This document shows positions 61,601 to 64,000 of a stretch of DNA of 64,000 nucleotides, one piece after another. The DNA is from Andalucia godoyi And28 (Eukaryota; Protista; Jakobida): contig VRVR01000025.1 in NCBI GenBank assembly GCA_009859145.1, positions 261,491 to 325,490 on the forward strand, given 5' to 3'. The notes under the pieces were generated by a model. The model was not told where the DNA came from. It saw only the letters and a program-made list of their open reading frames with translations, and ran no database searches. Positions within the stretch are counted from its first letter, which is position 1, and every line of letters begins with the position of its first letter. The position numbers and the translations under genes are program-made.

Positions 61601-64000
61601 AGCGGTTGTTAACCGACGAGGCGTCTTGGCCACAAGATCTCCTACTCTTTCGTTCTTGTTCAATCGATGCGAATATCACCAGAAACGTGCAACTTTCTGG
61701 TCCGTCCTCTCTTGGGTTATGGCTGATGCAGCGAATGTGTTTTGCAGGATCCGATTCTGAGAATCGTCGTTCCCTACGGGATATCATTTGCATCCGTTCT
61801 CGTCGACGCGCAAACTTTTCTCCATTAACACTGCGTTTTTTGCCAACGTTGCCCTTCGATGTTCCTGAGAAATGTGAGACATTGTTGTCAACTATGGGCA
61901 TACGTGCGGAGATTTGCGTTAACGATGTCAAATTATTGTTAGTCACATTTGCTGACGTATCTGCAAGTTTGAACACTCGTCAAATTTCCAACCTCTTCGC
62001 ATTTTACAAGGATATCAGCCGAGCATTGTCGGCGTGTTCTCCGAGCAACGCGGACGAGTTGTTGGAAAGAAATCAAATTTCTCGGTCGTTCATTTATGTA
62101 CCTCGTACATCCTATTCGAATGTAGAGGTTGACAAGGATATCAATCCTTTAATTATGGGTTCGTTTTTGCCTCGGGATGTTCTGTGTATTTCGGACCCTT
62201 CTGGAATTCTTGACATGTCGATCTGCACGGACTATCGAGAGTCTCCAATCTCCTTGGCGCTAGAAACTATATGCCAGAGGATTATTAACGCATGTCAATT
62301 TCGCTGCCTGGCATCTGTTTACTCATCGACCAGCGAATTCTTTCCGTGGATGCAAAAGACGGACTTCCTCGACCTTAATCGAGTGTTTCTTGTATTCGGC
62401 GTACAGCTGGAAGCGCCAGTTGCAACATATCGCAGTATGCTAGCGACGCTTTCCACGATGGAATACTCGGAAGAATTACGTCTTGTTTATGACAGATTGT
62501 TGAAGTGTTTATTTGGCAAGAAGCCATTTTTGGATTTTGCTTCGACTACACCGCCCGTCCGCCAACTGAATGAAGAAGATCATGGCGATCATTTGCCTTG
62601 TTTGGAACCTCTGAAACTTTTATCTGCTGATAAGGTTTGGCGTCCTGCGTCGGACATGAAGTTTTTTTGGATGCAGGAAGGCGAACCCTTGGCGCCATTC
62701 AGTCAGGCACCGCTGCCTCCATACCTCAAAGAAATTGTCGCTCTATTTCCAGCGGACCTTGATAGATCTGTTGCAGATAGCGCGAGCGTGGTATTACAAC
62801 TTTCCGACATTGATTCACGGATGTTTGTGTCACTTGTCTCTCAGAGAGTCCGCGCCGAGTATGAGCTTCTATTACCAGAATCACCGTCCTTGAACGAGAT
62901 TGCAGTCTCTTTGTCTCAGAACCTCCATGGCATGGGAAACTTGCGCGAAAGCTCATTATCTCAATTCCGGAACGTCATCCATCACGCCCGTGTTGTTACG
63001 ACCCTTTCACTTGGCACATCGATCCGCGCTTATCCACTTGATGGGTTCTCCCAGGGCTCAAACAACATATATGGAGACGGATCTTACATGGTGACTACTC
63101 TTGCTTCGATTCCGTATGGATTCACTGTGGACGAGAATGGACTGATTACTGTTTTTCTGTTGCTCCCTGATCCACCGGTTGTAAAGACCGACGATGCAGG
63201 AGCACCAATGCAACATCATGATCGAAAGCTGCAGATTCGTCTTGTGGAAAAGTTGATATGGCGTATCTTGTCAAACCCTGTCCACCGATTAGGCTTTCTG
63301 CAACGGTTCGTGCGAGTCGTGCTCGGTCTGCGTCGCACACGTGACAAGCACGTCGACGATCACCGAAATCTACTCCAGAGCGTTCTTCTTACTGCCGAAA
63401 GGGTGAGCGAGATTTGTGATGCTCTGAATATTGGCCTTGCTTCGTCGTATGACGAGTTTCTCCAGCAGGCCGATACTGATTTGCGCACTCAGCTGGAGTC
63501 TGCGATGCAGGAGGACGATGTCAGGAAACAAGAGGTTGTCACTGGTCACCAACAGTGTTCATTGACCGTCAATGACCAAGTCGTGCTTTCCGCACTCTCC
63601 GAGAGCGCTTCGAGTGCCTTCAAACAAAGACAATCAGTTTCGTCTCGAAATCCAGAAAACATGAGCACCACCTCTACGTTGCAATCCCCATCACCGTCGA
63701 CAGCCACGGCCCCTGTACGTTCTGAAATTCGCAAGGATTCTACGTTGCAGAGTGGCCTGTCCGATGTCCATATACCGTTTGTTCGCAGGAACTCTGACCA
63801 TGACAAACCAACAATGTTGTCAACTCAGGGAGGTCCTAACGCAGACCCGAGTGGACAGTTCACTAAAATGGAAAGAACAAATTTGAATGCAGGAGATCTA
63901 CACTCTCCTGTGAAGATGGATGTTATTTTGATTGACGGCTTTGATGCAGAAGGTGTCTTTGTGGATGATTTTGATGCATCAACGCAGAGTTTCAAGGAAC
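55669..64000 (+). CDS. NO VEIN (NOV)/sacsin-like GHKL ATPase protein, 3'-truncated by the window (absent from ORF track)
   Basis: Manual translation of frame 1 shows no stop from ATG 55669 to base 64000 (~2777 codons). NOV-type motifs TLYDMEIAI...GSLVHHP, DWDRLFQPRFGSL; GHKL core LSAGLYSKQVHFVLELIQNADDN, NEIGFSKENVKAICNVGESSK, GFIGQKGIGFKSVF; PVFAFLPLRHYGFRFIVQADWVIPSSRE. Confidence 0.9.
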   Translation, partial: MDKPRRMDNTSSSSSSSSAIPSNPSSSGDVRARRERPIFPSRDSAVRDSDLHRPNSSSSVRVPLDTAVNNAPAFIPTSGSGTEDDMIKACRAVVSRGAFVTIQDLRSELAKLGWKIGSKNLHRPMFEKLLCLEKWLQKIDESIPCIFLGSHFLTLYDMEIAIRSLPEFKSGKINPFDLFGSLVHHPQIKAMISKGDVILDPIWQREGWYPPVHGYETIENILSKFFEACRRKRSETRDLNAKLDDAEIVSVCTDGLDEFAASHLPSYPGMKERLSRSGEPFFSHKHVGGITRYRRWPIVTIGIMRTGRDIWKKDLLEIQSLLSSRRQEYQSLTSAAQDMLRNLSRTVQLGESPVEMMGITRKFVSNLLAKHLKTVTESSHRPKKHNSDTRHAINRILESETFATCISSVLMPLILVAGKNWLSATASAGKDSTDAISEFCVLAVVLPEDLFPKLDSLFKRFRVRIDKLRNLDESRQESGNRTLCLRMILFEFLEALQEAYIKLSNGSRFPSIWAFLQEGIGRDVFIENVFEIFRSCLSLQDNLRTKTADAPFTDGSPFIEDDDRAGLGSVVQDEILVDTLRYQFSVLTNNPPDFNLFPSSGTSLHRLFSILADIEVDVSSRFSKTASSFSQLCNLSFVKFLVDHFAELSPDLDSFASEVVHVPLSSVFQRTDCLSIGEQRQSYILVRFLASIGRDKAFVTAHKDAIKRRLFGERCYLDDAAQRTLFAAVNNIFSNSSLCGANESFSQDSIFIVDAPILLECALESSSNSNCICEIADDARFASQVIKVAGDLQRFSDLICELASVPSCADLSLVMDWDRLFQPRFGSLMDALLEVALAVAQDACLGSAVQRRLLSSHMFLHFSDSSFVKIPKNRTMEQFQSCVEHSLFKEAIECAIALTFSLAKSGSTFEIARALVTSTASEFLSKIDVVNASRFVADLILICPSQLIMSVGYEIFCCALFSAHPHGADELADLASRSTLHAVALQSVYRRTGHVVSAMDRLDEVSSHTSVSQMQLTILPGPQGIVHDLSPQLHVPSLSLIDDPFHSSTHEIPQQDARLSQCLVGDEVDSLPSARQVLDDIRYGLGVGLARDSNSPLSNLQSMMTRALDRLSAGLYSKQVHFVLELIQNADDNQYEPLVAPRICFHLCASELLVECNEIGFSKENVKAICNVGESSKLRQRDKFDSSSDRKIRRIGFIGQKGIGFKSVFKVTSTPIIHSRNFHFMFDSKDRSMGYIVPIPVDPPTDWQSEIGLTRMCLPFSAETDFTQIRTGLDEMDAPLLLFLANLTEISIRIDNRNGHSYYRQMRIDRSRLDDSDIMAVSQKKTTVDLNSRNCVASDLTETIWLVKSIVSTCPVRRSLDDDGCDRVSSDTEISIAFPIMGSCTMASKSHISTSSEDQSNRRQYPVFAFLPLRHYGFRFIVQADWVIPSSREALDSSSPWNCWIRTQLPALVARSVANRVSHVFESFRSISDCSPCFDDLVEEAISDERSHPNSKKSGGSRGIDHPSSQFDKEVQHWSTMESIVDMRKQDSYHSMCEILCLLPLQGELIEFFQGMELQVFAECAGFRIIPCIQEDGQISLELPSKCLLLPQDDNVSSFLKKCLPTLHQHGLYLVDSDFMLPENYARALGVHSLDVATFSMLLTDACQDCASVKNFNIPHVIDIIAAMSQTKTSHDVFRDKLSKIRFLPLASGRFSSFSEIRDCFLWDERVIQRIANSEHQQTLLTILPILDSEFSTHCLANKQVSEFLMKLFSVGTIGDHSSFVWVQSHLLLNPTWACDAIPTTVLESLYRLVDYHIHDANLCRRCSRDGGRLFIKNLISTGCWLPCETTVGEGNEVDGVYHVTRENVWWISAPHQVSARGCKVIRRRKCEFAIPLGFSWTVVSPEVQTLGFSVELPIVEMFVVQERQTPLVVYMQSLKDCFPATMRSNHIIELLQQSERLLKDHPNSVVNDVFSPEFLHVVSFACTSIENGQSLMQRLLTDEASWPQDLLLFRSCSIDANITRNVQLSGPSSLGLWLMQRMCFAGSDSENRRSLRDIICIRSRRRANFSPLTLRFLPTLPFDVPEKCETLLSTMGIRAEICVNDVKLLLVTFADVSASLNTRQISNLFAFYKDISRALSACSPSNADELLERNQISRSFIYVPRTSYSNVEVDKDINPLIMGSFLPRDVLCISDPSGILDMSICTDYRESPISLALETICQRIINACQFRCLASVYSSTSEFFPWMQKTDFLDLNRVFLVFGVQLEAPVATYRSMLATLSTMEYSEELRLVYDRLLKCLFGKKPFLDFASTTPPVRQLNEEDHGDHLPCLEPLKLLSADKVWRPASDMKFFWMQEGEPLAPFSQAPLPPYLKEIVALFPADLDRSVADSASVVLQLSDIDSRMFVSLVSQRVRAEYELLLPESPSLNEIAVSLSQNLHGMGNLRESSLSQFRNVIHHARVVTTLSLGTSIRAYPLDGFSQGSNNIYGDGSYMVTTLASIPYGFTVDENGLITVFLLLPDPPVVKTDDAGAPMQHHDRKLQIRLVEKLIWRILSNPVHRLGFLQRFVRVVLGLRRTRDKHVDDHRNLLQSVLLTAERVSEICDALNIGLASSYDEFLQQADTDLRTQLESAMQEDDVRKQEVVTGHQQCSLTVNDQVVLSALSESASSAFKQRQSVSSRNPENMSTTSTLQSPSPSTATAPVRSEIRKDSTLQSGLSDVHIPFVRRNSDHDKPTMLSTQGGPNADPSGQFTKMERTNLNAGDLHSPVKMDVILIDGFDAEGVFVDDFDASTQSFKE

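Noticed and set aside
1-64000. tRNA, rRNA, snoRNA, telomeric repeats or CRISPR arrays
   Set aside because: No cloverleaf with T-loop consensus, rRNA-like segment, convincing C/D box pair with terminal stem, TTAGGG-type array or repeat-spacer array was seen by eye; Infernal/tRNAscan would be needed to exclude small RNAs.

Overview
Gene-dense, apparently intron-free window of a unicellular eukaryote (protist; AIR9 and dual-acylated proteins suggest a flagellate, lineage not determinable from sequence alone). 1-43 kb is mostly ordinary host genes: a 5'-truncated PAS-domain protein, PIGN/MCD4, MIOX, two paralogous putative Ig-fold transcription factors flanking a catalytically degenerate ADCY10-like (cyclase-STAND) protein, AIR9, RIO2, MCEE, an ammonium-transporter-like protein with a large glycosylated ectodomain, CCDC86/Cgr1, a head-to-head ABCG half-transporter pair (one with a degenerate ATP site) and a type I surface protein. 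One Fot/pogo-like transposon sits at 4.5-6.6 kb. 43-55 kb is a transposon island: a decayed CMC/EnSpm-like transposase, an RPS26 fragment, a hAT transposase fused to the 5' end of a second pogo copy, an intact Crinkler/RHS-like NTPase-REase gene and a TIR-bounded IS630/Tc1 element with one in-frame stop. From 55669 to the window end runs a >2700-codon NO VEIN/sacsin-like GHKL ATPase ORF that the ORF track missed because it has no stop in the window. No tRNA, rRNA or CRISPR features could be supported. All family assignments are by motif recognition, not database search.
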